Below, in pieces: positions 21,558 to 32,569 of a stretch of 64,000 nucleotides of DNA (position 1 is the first letter of the stretch; each line of letters starts with the position of its first letter). This DNA comes from Nitrosopumilaceae archaeon (lineage in GTDB: Archaea > Thermoproteota > Nitrososphaeria > Nitrososphaerales > Nitrosopumilaceae). Made by a program: the position numbers and the translations under genes. A model generated the notes under the pieces. That model did not search any database. It was not told the origin of the DNA and was given only the letters and a program-made list of their open reading frames with translations. Where the stretch lies: contig CBDATR010000009.1 of assembly GCA_965200155.1 (NCBI GenBank), positions 1-64,000 of the forward strand, in the 5' to 3' direction.

Positions 21558-23366
21558 TTAACTAGTGATGGTAAAGGTTACAGTGTTGGACATGGTATGA
21601 GTTCCTGAGGGTCCAGGGGTTCTCACAAATGCCGTATATGTGTCAGCATCTAGGTCTTCGAGGTCATAGGAGTTAGTTGATACGCGTGCTGATCCGCCAT
21701 TAATGACTCGGTCTCCGTCCCCATCAAATACCGCCACGATATAGGCAGTATCTGCCAAGTCGTTCCAGCTTAGAGTAACATCATTGCCACTTATGGTTCT
21801 ACTTAGTACTAATGTCTGACTGTTATCAGGTGATGTCTGACTGTTATCAGGTGATGTCTGACTATTACTAGATGTAGTGAACTTTAGGATTCCCAGCCTT
21901 CCAACATCGGGTTCACAGGATTTAAACACACGTATGGTGTACGCAGTATCAGGTGAGAGGCCCGTAATTGTAAGGGGGTTTGATTCGAAATCCTCTAAAT
22001 CAGCACTTGCAGCTCCGGAGGAGGTTTTGAAGATAGCGGCGGTTGTACAGGTTGGGTCTTTTGTATTATAGTCCTCTGAGGCGACCTCTATAGTTACAGA
22101 GGTGCTATTTTGAGTTTTGATTTGGGGTGGATTAATACCAGGGTCACTTACGGTAAGTACAAATTCATCACGTTTAGTGTCGCTGCCAGCAGTTGCTGTG
22201 ACACGTAGAGTGTATTCCCCTGCTGCTGTTCTATCAGGCTCCAAAACGAGGGTACTATCTGATATTTTCGCAGAGCCAGGTAATGTCTTGTCGTTCAGGA
22301 CCTCTACACTATATGTAATGTCCCTATTATCAGAATCAGTTGCATTTATCTGTATGTTACGTGCTGTGCCCTCGGCCATGGTAATGTCATTTATGGTGTC
22401 AGTGAAGCTTAGGGCGGAGGAGCCAGTATTGACATTGAAGGTTGCTAAACCTATATCTTCGCATTCGTTGATCACACGGATGGTGTAATCAGTATTAGGT
22501 AAGAGGTTTGTGATTGTCATGGTACCATGAATAGTCAGAGATTCGGTCAGTTTATACTTCAATGGAGAAGATTCAGAGACATCAGCCATCATACAAAGAT
22601 GTGAGTTTTTAACATCTTTTGGTTGAGTTCCAGGTACTTCAATAGTTATAGAATTTGGTGTTATTTCTGAGATACTAGGTGGATCTATAGTGCCGTCATT
22701 CACGGTAAGTGCAAAGTCCTCATGTATGGTGTCGCTACCAATAGTTGCTGTGACACGCAGTGAATATTGTCCACTTTCGCTTCTGTTAGGAGCCAAAACA
22801 ATGCCGTCTCTAAATGTACGGTCAGGAGATACGTCAGCTATGTATGCAAATCTGGGTGCAGCCGTGCCGTCCTGTTTGGTTATTGCATATGTGACAGAAT
22901 CACTCGCAGGGGTTACACTGAGTGGTATGGTTCTTCTCTCGGACTCATCCATGGTAATGTCTGGTATAGTATTAATGGAACTAGAGGGAGCGACTTTTGT
23001 CTTAAACTGTACAGTGTTGGACTTGACAAAGCCGTCTCCAATTGTTCTGACAAATACCCTATAGTCGGTGTCAGGAGTCAGTCCGGTAATATCATGTGTG
23101 GTTCCGGTAACGCGTGTTACCCCAAGTCTATTTCCATCTCCATCACGTAACGCCACGACATAATCGTTATGGTTTGAGTACTGATTCCATGTAACGGTGG
23201 CACCAGTGGAGGTGGTGCTAGATACAGATATGGTGATAGACTCGCTTGCTTGAGCAAACGCAAGATCAGTGGCCGGTACTAATACTAGTAAAAGTGCAAG
23301 GAGGAGACCCCCCCCCCCGATTAAAGCTTTAAGTACGATATTGTTACGGTTAGTAGTTTGTAACAT
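21558..23366 (-). CDS. Secreted fibronectin type III / cadherin-like repeat protein (copy 1, intact, G11 tract)
   Basis: Signal peptide; ITGLTPDTDY, ITNLLPNTDY and ITGLSPDTAY FN3 motifs alternate with IPDITM.E..G.Y.LRVTAT Ig/cadherin-like units. Confidence 0.9.
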   Translation of the reverse strand: MLQTTNRNNIVLKALIGGGGLLLALLLVLVPATDLAFAQASESITISVSSTTSTGATVTWNQYSNHNDYVVALRDGDGNRLGVTRVTGTTHDITGLTPDTDYRVFVRTIGDGFVKSNTVQFKTKVAPSSSINTIPDITMDESERRTIPLSVTPASDSVTYAITKQDGTAAPRFAYIADVSPDRTFRDGIVLAPNRSESGQYSLRVTATIGSDTIHEDFALTVNDGTIDPPSISEITPNSITIEVPGTQPKDVKNSHLCMMADVSESSPLKYKLTESLTIHGTMTITNLLPNTDYTIRVINECEDIGLATFNVNTGSSALSFTDTINDITMAEGTARNIQINATDSDNRDITYSVEVLNDKTLPGSAKISDSTLVLEPDRTAAGEYTLRVTATAGSDTKRDEFVLTVSDPGINPPQIKTQNSTSVTIEVASEDYNTKDPTCTTAAIFKTSSGAASADLEDFESNPLTITGLSPDTAYTIRVFKSCEPDVGRLGILKFTTSSNSQTSPDNSQTSPDNSQTLVLSRTISGNDVTLSWNDLADTAYIVAVFDGDGDRVINGGSARVSTNSYDLEDLDADTYTAFVRTPGPSGTHTMSNTVTFTITS

Positions 23367-23703
23367 TTTAATTAAACATTATATACTGTGTTATAAGCGT
23401 TTACATAACGATGGTTATATAGACATGTATCCCATACCGGCACTTCACGGGTTGTTGCATCTGTGGGGACGTCCCTTGTAATTCTCATGCCGGGTTTACC
23501 AATTCTAGAAAGGTATCCCGTTGGCGTCTGCTTATAAAGTGAACTCATACTGTATCTTTAGCCCTTCTCACAGTGGGGGAAGTGATAAGGTCTATAATCA
23601 AAAGCATGCTACAAGAGGTCAATCACAAAGAGTCCATGACAGAATGAATCAAAGCTTGTTTTACAAATCCACTAAATATACATAACACATTAGTGTAGAA
23701 AGT

Positions 23704-26100
23704 ATGGTCATGATCCGGACACTTGAATCCAAGACCGAGATGGCTCGCACTACCAAGAGCCTGTGCATGGCAAAATTCAAGGAGTGGTGGAACATGCATG
23801 AACTGGCAGAAGTACTCTCCGAGTTAAAGATGGGCTTGGATATAATATTACAATTGCAGGCCCTGGGTAGACGCCGATGTGCTAGCCGAGATACTATACG
23901 ATGTGGTGGGACCGCGCTTTTTGAGAACCATAGGAGACGACAAGAATGCGCGCCGCACGTTCCTCACTCTCATTATAGTCACCTGTGTAAAAAAGGGGCT
24001 ATTCACCGAGGAGCAGATATTACAAGCGGCCAGGGAGTTCGCGTCATCAGACACAATGCAATACATGAATGATGTCGTAAACATGAGGCCTACACAAAAG
24101 TGGTGCCTGAAACTGACCGAAATTCTTGGCCTACCCTCATCGGTCGCGGAAAAGGAGCGCGCCGAAGAACTACCATCCGTTGAGATTGTGGAACCATACA
24201 TACCAATGAACCCACTATATGACTACCAATATTCCACTGGCCGATTCGTCCGGGGCATGCTCATGGGTACGATAAAAGAGCATGAACAGGAGGTGAAACG
24301 TAAACTGATAGCTGTGCCCACCGGCTCCGGCAAGACTCGTATGATCACCTAGACTATAATAGAGTGGCTCAATGACGGCAAGCCGTCCAATAATGAGCAG
24401 CAGAGGAAATCGCGTTTTGTACTCTGGATTGCCCAGTCCCATGAATTATGTGAGCAGGCGCGCAGTACATTCAAGGACGTATTCCGCGCCATAGGCAAGC
24501 GCGGTACCATCATACGTCTGTACAAGTTCTGGGGGAAGGATAACACCATGCCGGATTTGTAGTTGGAGGATTTGTTAGATGAGCGTGGAATCATAGTAGC
24601 ATCTATACAATCATTATACAGCATAGGCCGCTCAAAACCTCAAGAACTGGAAGCCTTGGGGAAGCACATATCCTGTATCATAGTGGATGAGGCACACCAC
24701 TCAGCCGCACCCTCATACGCCTATGTACTGCGAAAGATAGGATTTAACTGGGATAACCGTAAGAAGGAGATCTCGGAAAAAGGTATAATACTACTCGGCC
24801 TTACTGCCACACCCTTCCGGGGAGCCGGAGACAAGGAGACCAGACGCCTGCTCCGATGGTATAACGGGGTATACTTTCCTACTATTCCGGATGTGGAAAC
24901 CAAGACACGGCCTCACGCATTGGCAGACTGCCCCTCTACCGCTAGGTGACACCATAAGAATGCTGGGCGAAAAGTCCTACGTGCTGGACGGCTACATAAA
25001 GTTGTATTCGTGGGGTATACGCGGCGACACCATGCAACAGGAGTATCACCAAAAGAATGCCGCGCATATATTCCACGAATCTGGCACGTATACCATCGAG
25101 CTTACCGTTACCGATAACAATACTGACGTATCCTCAACCACACTGACAGTGCATCCTGCAACACATTGTACCATAAAGAGTTCCCAGATGCAAAAGCAGC
25201 TATACGGCAAACTCATAGACCGAAGAATACTCTGTGACGTATTCCACAGTGTTATTGTCTCCAAGAATTCCATAGATCTGACCATGAAGGATGCATCGGA
25301 AATAGAGTTGTACGGGGAATTCCAGGCAAAGACGCTGAGACAAGTAGGTGATCTCCTTGAGAGGAACTCCCTTCTATTAACGGAGATAGAACGAATGCAT
25401 AATCTGGGCAGGAGAAAGATACTATTCTTTGGCTGCTCAGTGGGGCACTCCCGCAAGATTGCCATAGCGTTGCGTGCCATGTATGGAATAAACGCGCGAT
25501 ACGTAGACTCGGCCATGGACATGGACTCCAGAATAGCAGCCATACAGGAGTTCCATAACGGGGATGTGGAGGTATTGTGTAATTTTGGCGTCCTCACTAC
25601 TGGTTTTGATGCCCCGTCCATAGACTGTGTCTTTATAGGGAGACCTGTCCGCAGTGCCCTGCTGTACACCCAGATGGTTGGCAGGGGTATGCGCGGCATA
25701 AAGAACAGCGGTACCAAGGATATGGTAATTGTCTATGTGGATGACAACTTTCAGATAAACAACCTCAGGTATGCCCCACTATCTGATAATCTGGGCTGGA
25801 AGATATACCGGGAATACTGGAAGGTATGGGATAGTTCCACTATGGAACATGATGAGGATGAGGGCGATAATGATTACCTAAACATATACCATACATGTAC
25901 AGTGTGCGGCACCAAGGCTGTGGGTTCATCAAAGATAAAGAGGGTATTCGGCTTTGAGTGCCCCACAGGTATGAGTTCACCTGTGTCTAAATTTACGCAC
26001 AACTGATCGCGACAGTTAATGTGATTTGTGCACAAGATTCCGGAAGACGTGAACTCATACCCCCACAGAGATGTTAATGGATATGCGCAATGCCGGTGGC
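23704..26100 (+). pseudogene. SF2 DEAD/DEAH helicase (ResIII-like) with PKD insert, pseudogene
   Basis: PTGSGKT, VDEAHH, GLTATP, TTGFDAP, QMVGRGMR; in-frame stops at 24350 and 24560, frameshifts, MITE in the 3' end. Confidence 0.85.
25969..26060. mobile_element. MITE family 1 (92 bp)
   Basis: TIRs; TSD CCCCACAG. Confidence 0.95.
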
Positions 26101-26177
26101 CTGCCACCTGCATGCCAGAAATGCCGGGCCCAGTGATTCTAGATAACATATTAATTGACACCGGTAAGAGACAATCC

Positions 26178-26981
26178 ATGCAGGTATCTGAACCAGAAAA
26201 GATATTCACCGATGTCCCCGAGGCAGAGATTACTCGTGCAATAGCGGCGGAGTTTCACCAGGTACTTATGGACAGAAGTGTATCTGATGTCATAATAATT
26301 GGTGCCGGACCCGCGGGTCTTATGGCTAGCCGGGAGCTGGCAAATATGGGCGTACGAGTACTTGTAATAGAGCAGAATAACTATCTGGGTGGCGGATTTT
26401 GGCTTGGCGGCTACATGATGAATCCCGTTACGGTACGGGAGCCCGCACAAAAGATGTGGGATGAGCTTGGCATACCCTACAAGAAGGTCCGGGAGGGATT
26501 ATACCTAACACCCGGTCCCCATGCTGTATCCAAGCTTATTGCTGCCGCGTGCGACGCGGGGGTAAAATTCCTTAACCTGACAAAATTCGATGACCTCATA
26601 CTAAAGAATGGCAAGGTTTCAGGTGTGGTGGTCAACTGGATGCCCGTATCGGCGCTTCCACGCAATATCACCTGTGTTGATCCGGTTGCACTGGAAGCCA
26701 AAGTTGTAATAGATTCGTCCGGACATGACTCGGTAGCCGTAAAGCGACTGGTAGACCGCGGCTTGGTGGAATGGAAGGGAATGAATCCCATGCATGTAGA
26801 TGAGGGTGAGGAGCATGTGGTGCACAAGACCGGGGAAGTGTTTCCTGGATTGGTGGCCGCGGGTATGTCGGTAACGGAGACCCATGGGCTGGCCCGTATG
26901 GGGCCCACGTTTGGTTCCATGCTATTCTCCGGCAGGAAAGCCGCAGAAGTAGCGGTCTTAAAGATGAAAGAGTATGCTTGA
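26178..26981 (+). CDS. thi4: Thiamine thiazole synthase (Thi4 family)
   Basis: IIGAGPAGL, GGGFWLGG, TCVDP, RMGPTFGSMLFSG; true start MQVSEP at 26178 (the longer ORF starts inside the MITE). Confidence 0.95.
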   Translation: MQVSEPEKIFTDVPEAEITRAIAAEFHQVLMDRSVSDVIIIGAGPAGLMASRELANMGVRVLVIEQNNYLGGGFWLGGYMMNPVTVREPAQKMWDELGIPYKKVREGLYLTPGPHAVSKLIAAACDAGVKFLNLTKFDDLILKNGKVSGVVVNWMPVSALPRNITCVDPVALEAKVVIDSSGHDSVAVKRLVDRGLVEWKGMNPMHVDEGEEHVVHKTGEVFPGLVAAGMSVTETHGLARMGPTFGSMLFSGRKAAEVAVLKMKEYA

Positions 26982-27679
26982 GAAGAATATCTGATATTCG
27001 CCTATACGGTAATGATACAGAAAGTATCCTGACAAATAAAGTGGCTGATTTCATTCAAAGTACTTTTAACGTGAATGTAAGTACATATCCCTCTGTACTG
27101 AATGATGTAACGCCCGACATGTTGGATACATGTGCAGTCAGGAATCTTTTCCGGCCACATGGGGCTCCCGGCCATATCACAACTCCTCCCCTATATGACG
27201 GATATGCTCTGGCAGATACGCTGGGTAATATGTTATGTCATGAATCCGGACTGTTTTACATACTGCTCTTGGATATACTGGTGGGGACATATGACTTCCA
27301 GTCCATGAGGTATCATGCCAATTTACTTGTTGCATCCAACCCCTGCATTATCTCATTACCGGGAATAGTGGAGGGCCCTGCCCGGCCAAAGGAATACTGC
27401 ATAGACATGATGTGCAGTGTCGCTACAAGACAGGACGAGGATAGCATAAGAGAGGCTCATGCGGGAAGCTTTCTTGATTATGGGGATCCTCGACTACAGG
27501 AGGCAGTGCACGGCTCTGTCATGCAAGGAGTATTCTACTTTGAGAGCGGCCAGTCCTTCTGTTCAGATAAGAACTGTCGTTTATACAATTCACACTGGCA
27601 GTCGGATCTCATACACTGCCAGGTGGAATGCGCCAAATTATGTGAATATCATCAGAACATGTTATCTGATATGATTTAG
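26978..27679 (+). CDS. Conserved archaeal putative metallopeptidase-like protein
   Basis: RYH..GIVEGPARPKEY...FC.DKNCRLYNSHWQ.DLI..Q; 4-nt overlap with the thi4 stop. Confidence 0.7.
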   Translation: MRRISDIRLYGNDTESILTNKVADFIQSTFNVNVSTYPSVLNDVTPDMLDTCAVRNLFRPHGAPGHITTPPLYDGYALADTLGNMLCHESGLFYILLLDILVGTYDFQSMRYHANLLVASNPCIISLPGIVEGPARPKEYCIDMMCSVATRQDEDSIREAHAGSFLDYGDPRLQEAVHGSVMQGVFYFESGQSFCSDKNCRLYNSHWQSDLIHCQVECAKLCEYHQNMLSDMI

Positions 27680-27815
27680 CGTGTGGAGTGACTTATATGT
27701 CTTAATTGTGTAGCGATTCGTCGTGCGCGAATTTGGACATGGGTGAATTCATCCAGTATTCCCAAAGTCCACGACGTACAAGACGGGGGTACGGATTCAT
27801 CATACACCCAAATTA

Positions 27816-28432
27816 GTATGAGTTCGCGTTACAAGCAGACGCCAAAGGGATATCCTTCCAGGAACGTGTTAGAATTGGAAGGAAGAATACCCATTTTTCC
27901 AGTACAAGCAGGCCAGTCAGAAAGGCCTAGCGCGTATCTGGTCCCCACAACCCCAATCAAGTACAGAAATGATTGGAAACCCCCAATCCGGCCAGAATAG
28001 AGACCAATATTCTCCAAAGAACCAGTCGTGGGCGTGCCAAAGATTTGGGATGTGTTACGTGTGGGAATGATTCCAATATTGGGTGCGGTAAACAAGATGG
28101 TTCCAGGGAATCATGTGGAATGGCAGGGAATAAATGATGTAGTAAGGTGGATAAATACCTGGACGATTACCAGGAAGTACCGGCGGTTTGGTGACAGCGA
28201 AAGGCACCATCTGGGAGTATTGCGCGATACATATAGGATTCACGCCCGGATAAAACTTGACAACGACGTAAACGAGAATCACTGCTAGCCGTCCGCGCAA
28301 ATTGCTGAAGGGATTGAATCATTCCTGAATGCGGAGCTCTACGTGCTCCAACAAGTATTCCGGGAATGATTCCCGGCCAGATAAAGTCCACACCAGTCTG
28401 TATTACACCAATCTAATCACGTGAACACATAC
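27816..28432 (-). mobile_element. Element family E, copy E3 (short, inverted)
   Basis: GTATGAGTTCGCGTTACAAGCAGACGCC matches the E right end; CTAATCACGTGAACACATAC matches the E left end; interior matches 51340-51460. Confidence 0.8.
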
Positions 28433-28459
28433 AATGACTCTCAATACCACGTATCAAGC

Positions 28460-29269
28460 TTATCTGTGGAAAATCTTGTGCGCCACATGCACGATTACAA
28501 GAGTTGTCACCAGTAACAGTACAATGGTACCTGATGGTGCCCAGTCTAGGATATATGAGATAAATATTCCGCCCAGAACGGCAGATGTCGATATGGCGCA
28601 GGCTATGAGTATGGTATCCCGGAATCCCCGGTTAAATCTAACCGCGGCCATGGCGGGCATTACTAGCAGGGACGTTATCAATAATATTCCTGTAAGGCGC
28701 ATGGCCGCAACAACAGTTGTGGCAGCCAGTGCAACAAAGACATAATTGAATAGTGTCACATTCACGCCAGAGACCCGCGCCAACTCTTCACTAAATGTAA
28801 TCAGCAGAAATTTTCTATATAGTATAAACAGACTTAGTATTACCCCCGAACATACCGCCACCACCACAATGGCATCATCAACGGTAATCAGAATTATACT
28901 GCCGAACAGAAAACTAAACAAATCAACTGTGAAGCCCCCCCTGATACTGGTGAGAATTACCCCCACGGCCAGTCCCGTGGTAAGTATTATGGCCACGGCG
29001 ATCTCGCCTGGAATCTTTCCGGATTGGCGCATCTTTTGGAGTCCAAGACTGCCAAGTATTGATACCACAAAGGCGGTCCATATGGGATATATTCCCATAA
29101 ACATGCCCGCGGCTATTCCACCAAAAGCTACATGCGCTATACCGTCCCCAAACAGTGCCAGTCGGCGCATTACAAGAAAACTGCCCATACAGGCGCAGGA
29201 GATTGATATTATTGCACCACACAAGAGCGCCCGTTGCATGAAACTGTATTCCAGTATTTCTAGGACCAT
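28460..29269 (-). CDS. Zn/Mn ABC transporter permease (ZnuB-like)
   Basis: FMQRALL, GDGIAHVAFGG, FLFGSI, PAMAA. Confidence 0.93.
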   Translation of the reverse strand: MVLEILEYSFMQRALLCGAIISISCACMGSFLVMRRLALFGDGIAHVAFGGIAAGMFMGIYPIWTAFVVSILGSLGLQKMRQSGKIPGEIAVAIILTTGLAVGVILTSIRGGFTVDLFSFLFGSIILITVDDAIVVVAVCSGVILSLFILYRKFLLITFSEELARVSGVNVTLFNYVFVALAATTVVAAMRLTGILLITSLLVMPAMAAVRFNRGFRDTILIACAISTSAVLGGIFISYILDWAPSGTIVLLLVTTLVIVHVAHKIFHR

Positions 29270-29272
29270 GTC

Positions 29273-30067
29273 TCACTCGTGGTGGTGTTCCCCCCGAAGG
29301 GAGGCGGTAGTGTACATGCCCAAAAGTGCATCATCCTCAAAAAAGTCAGCAGTATTACCATAAAATAGTAGCGAGCGGTCTATGCAAGCTACCTTGTCTG
29401 TATACTTTTTTAGCGTCGCTAGATCATGCAATGAAATAATCACGGTCATGCCGCGCTTTTCTTTGGCCTCATTTAGTACAGAGTAAAACATATCCCGAAA
29501 ATTCACATCCGCATTACTTACGGGTTCATCACAGATGATAAGGGGTGGATCTCTGACTAGTGCATGTGCTACAAACACTTTCTGCCTTTCCCCACCAGAC
29601 AGATCCGATATACGACTGTTACGTTTCTCTGTCATCCCAAACATTTCCAGTACATCATCAAGTTTCTGACTCTTAGACTTTTTTGGGCCAAGCATGCACT
29701 CTGGGCATTCTTTGCACATTAGTTCTACAACACGGGAGGACTTTTTCAAGGCATTAAGTCCCATAAGTATAACATCTGCTACAGTAGCCGGAAATATGGG
29801 TTCAAACTCAATTCTTTGCGGGACGTATCCCACAAAAGGTAGCAAATGGCGGCGCATGGCCTGTCCCTGATTAAAAAAACGCACTTCACCGGAGTGGGGT
29901 ATCGTCCCCAACAAGGCCCGAAACATGCTTGTTTTTCCCGAACCGTTGGGGCCCAGTATTCCCAGCGTCTCGCCCTGGTTTACCCGCATTGTAATCTTAT
30001 CTACCGCGGTCACGCCACCAAATTCTACTGTAAGATCCCTTGTTTCAAGAATTGTGTTTTCTGACAT
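29273..30067 (-). CDS. Zn/Mn ABC transporter ATP-binding protein (ZnuC-like)
   Basis: GPNGSGKT, GYVPQ, LSGGERQ, DEP, HDL; start MSENT is likely. Confidence 0.93.
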   Translation of the reverse strand: MSENTILETRDLTVEFGGVTAVDKITMRVNQGETLGILGPNGSGKTSMFRALLGTIPHSGEVRFFNQGQAMRRHLLPFVGYVPQRIEFEPIFPATVADVILMGLNALKKSSRVVELMCKECPECMLGPKKSKSQKLDDVLEMFGMTEKRNSRISDLSGGERQKVFVAHALVRDPPLIICDEPVSNADVNFRDMFYSVLNEAKEKRGMTVIISLHDLATLKKYTDKVACIDRSLLFYGNTADFFEDDALLGMYTTASLRGEHHHE

Positions 30068-30148
30068 TCTATTCTCCCATCTTACTATATACTCCAATTA
30101 TAATATGATGTTCATATTTAGCAATAAAACAAAATGATAAACTATTTT

Positions 30149-31432
30149 TTACTGGCATTCTAGTGCTGTTTCCAAACTGTCTAGATTCTCGTACATTATA
30201 CTAACATACGTAGCCCCGCCGTTAAAGTCCTGCTCTGATATGCCCTCGATTGGACTTAGAATCAGTACAGTGGCTCCTGTCTCTTCTGCAACAACGTCAA
30301 TTGCGCGCGTGTCGACTATATTCTCACTTAGGACATAGTTTATGTCATTGGCATTAATGAATTCGATAAGTTCTGTAACAGTTCTGATTGATACGTCTTC
30401 AATGTTGCTTAAACCCGCCAATGACACTATGTTAATGTCATATTGTTCAACCATATACGCAAACGCTCCGTGGAATGTAACAATGGTATCCTTCTGGCAG
30501 CTAGACAATCTGTCATTATAATTTTCATGTAATTGTAGTAGTTCCGCAATGTAGTTTGCCGCATGTATGTTGTAGATGTATGCATTCTCAGGATCTACCT
30601 CGACAAGTGCGTCGCGTATGGTAAGGCTCTGCTGTATGGCAAGGATTGGATCTAGCCACACGTGTGGGTCTATTCCACCATGGTCATGATGGTGATGATC
30701 GTGTCCGTCATCTTGCATGTGCTCATCCTCTTCGTGCATGTGCTCATCCTCTTCGTGCATGTGCTCATCCTCTTCGTGCATGTGCTCATCTTCCATGGCC
30801 TCATACTCCTCTATGTCTAGTACATCATATAACACACTTATCTGCACATCAGGCGCTACTTGTGACTGTAGTACACTTCTTATCTCTGCTATTGTGCTGG
30901 ACTCGTCGTCTCGAACTAGGATACCCGGACCCCAATTGTGAATTCGTTGTAATGCCTCAGAGACAGTATAGGTACCATCTTCCTGCCTGTCAACTATATA
31001 CTCAATGTCATAGTGTCGCATTGCATCACTAATGGACTTGATGGTTTGAGCTGAATCTTTATCGGTTTTCGCCAATATCTCTGATATTGTAGTAATAATG
31101 TCATCATGTTCAATATTGAGACCTGATGTGGCATCTACAAAGACTGTGTCAAATCCTTGGTCAATTAATTGATCAGGATAGGCTTCTATCCCTAATCCAT
31201 TATACACAAACACATCGGTATCCTCTAGTGTTTGCACCAGGGATATGCTGGGTTCCCAGTCATGTACTCCTATACCTAATGGCAGGAACTGATCTACAGT
31301 GGATGTGCTTCCAACCACGTTACGTGTGAATTCGTAGTATGGAAAGAATGATCCCTGAACATGTACCTGTGCAGTTGCGTCAGCAGCTGCCCATGTTGCA
31401 AGTAAAACTAATATTGGTAGTGCTTTTTTCAT
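30149..31432 (-). CDS. Zn/Mn ABC substrate-binding protein (ZnuA-like) with expanded His-rich loop
   Basis: HDWEPS, DPHVWLDP, FHGAFAY; 21-bp repeat encoding EDEHMH(E) at ~30715-30795. Confidence 0.93.
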   Translation of the reverse strand: MKKALPILVLLATWAAADATAQVHVQGSFFPYYEFTRNVVGSTSTVDQFLPLGIGVHDWEPSISLVQTLEDTDVFVYNGLGIEAYPDQLIDQGFDTVFVDATSGLNIEHDDIITTISEILAKTDKDSAQTIKSISDAMRHYDIEYIVDRQEDGTYTVSEALQRIHNWGPGILVRDDESSTIAEIRSVLQSQVAPDVQISVLYDVLDIEEYEAMEDEHMHEEDEHMHEEDEHMHEEDEHMQDDGHDHHHHDHGGIDPHVWLDPILAIQQSLTIRDALVEVDPENAYIYNIHAANYIAELLQLHENYNDRLSSCQKDTIVTFHGAFAYMVEQYDINIVSLAGLSNIEDVSIRTVTELIEFINANDINYVLSENIVDTRAIDVVAEETGATVLILSPIEGISEQDFNGGATYVSIMYENLDSLETALECQ

Positions 31433-31499
31433 TTTGTAGTTAGGTTTTTTGATAATATATATCTGTTATGATTGACCTTGTTTTAACGCAAATCCTAGG

Positions 31500-31790
31500 T
31501 CGTGCCCATAATTGCCGCGTCTATCCACTCGTTGTACTTTGCTATCTTGTATGCTATTCTATTTTCGCGCCTGTAATTCAGGCTCTAATAATCTCTTGAA
31601 CAAGAACACGCTTTTATGACCATCAACCAGCCATTCGTCTGTTACGATGTTCCGGTGTTGCTTGTTTTTGACCTTTCCTTATCGTACATGTGAGTGCGGG
31701 CTCCCGCCAAGCTGATCCCCGGACTATAATTATCACAAGTTGTATTTTTGTGGTGGAGTCTGATCAAATTGGAGTGATGGACTAGTCACC
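31500..31790 (-). pseudogene. IS5-family transposase 3' relic
   Basis: Homologous to 44200-44480 (gctgatccc, gtgttct.gttcaag, agtac.acgagtggat). Confidence 0.6.
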
Positions 31791-31818
31791 GCGGTATATG
31801 ATTATGTTAACCCAGGAC

Positions 31819-32461
31819 GTAACCGTTTAGGTCGCGTGAGGGGTCAGCTTTACGTCAACCATATATCCTGGTTACGTCAATGCACGCCAGATGGAAGACC
31901 CGGAAGCCAAGATGTTACGTGACAGAAATGCCTGACTCATGGATGAGATCAATAGACTGACCAAGAGTAATGAGGAGCATACTGCGATCAGCCGGGTACT
32001 GGATGCAGGGAGCTGGAGGCAATCGCCATAGAGCAGTACAAGGAACTAAAACGTTTAGCGTGCGCAAAGGAACGGTTTGACCGCAAGCATAAATACTAAT
32101 TTGTTGTAAAGCTCCCGGATGGCAAACTCTTACACTGACAAGTACACAAATCTCATGGGCGCATACTAGTCAGTATCAATGGCGAGCACCAGACGTTCAA
32201 CCAGATACAGACTCGTGGATCAGGAATCTGGAGACAGTAATTTACATGCAGGCTCAAATTGAAATCAAGTAAAATATTATGAGAACCCGCATACCCCACC
32301 ATCCTAGAACTCCATCCCGCATAGGACTAAAAAAGCCGCACAGGCAAATGCCACGAAAACTCCCAATCCAGCGCGGCCGTAAGAATGGGCACAAGGGCCA
32401 ATCCCACAACAGAAAGCCGGACAAAATAGTGCGCAAGACACCTGACAAATGCTCAAAATGC
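31819..32461 (+). mobile_element. IS66-family (ISBst12-like) 5' relic truncated by a MITE
   Basis: Left end GTAACCGTTTAGGTCGCGT; YENPHTPPS..RGRKNGHKG..PDKIV..PDKCSKC. Confidence 0.8.
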
Positions 32462-32560
32462 GTATGAGTTCACGTCTTCCGGAATCTTGTGCACAAAAGA
32501 ACCGGTTCTTTAACTGTCGCGATCAGTTGTGCGTAAATTTAGACACAGGTGAACTCATAC
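32462..32560. mobile_element. MITE family 1 (99 bp), no TSD
   Basis: TIRs intact; the two flanks differ. Confidence 0.95.
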
Positions 32561-32569
32561 TAGGAGGGG

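Larger units (their letters stand above)
20276..23550. mobile_element. Element family E, copy E2: both TIRs, decayed transposase-like sequence, 41-bp array and FN3 cargo gene
   Basis: Left GTATGAGTTCACGTGATTAG, right CTTATAAAGTGAACTCATAC (same TIR as MITE 1); 20300-21050 minus strand weakly resembles an IS1595 transposase; no TSD. Confidence 0.75.

Noticed and set aside
26028-26177. N-terminal extension of Thi4
   Set aside because: Starts inside the MITE; family similarity begins at 26178.
30715-30795. 21-bp repeat in the ZnuA-like gene as a phase-variation switch
   Set aside because: In-frame expansion of the ordinary His-rich loop.
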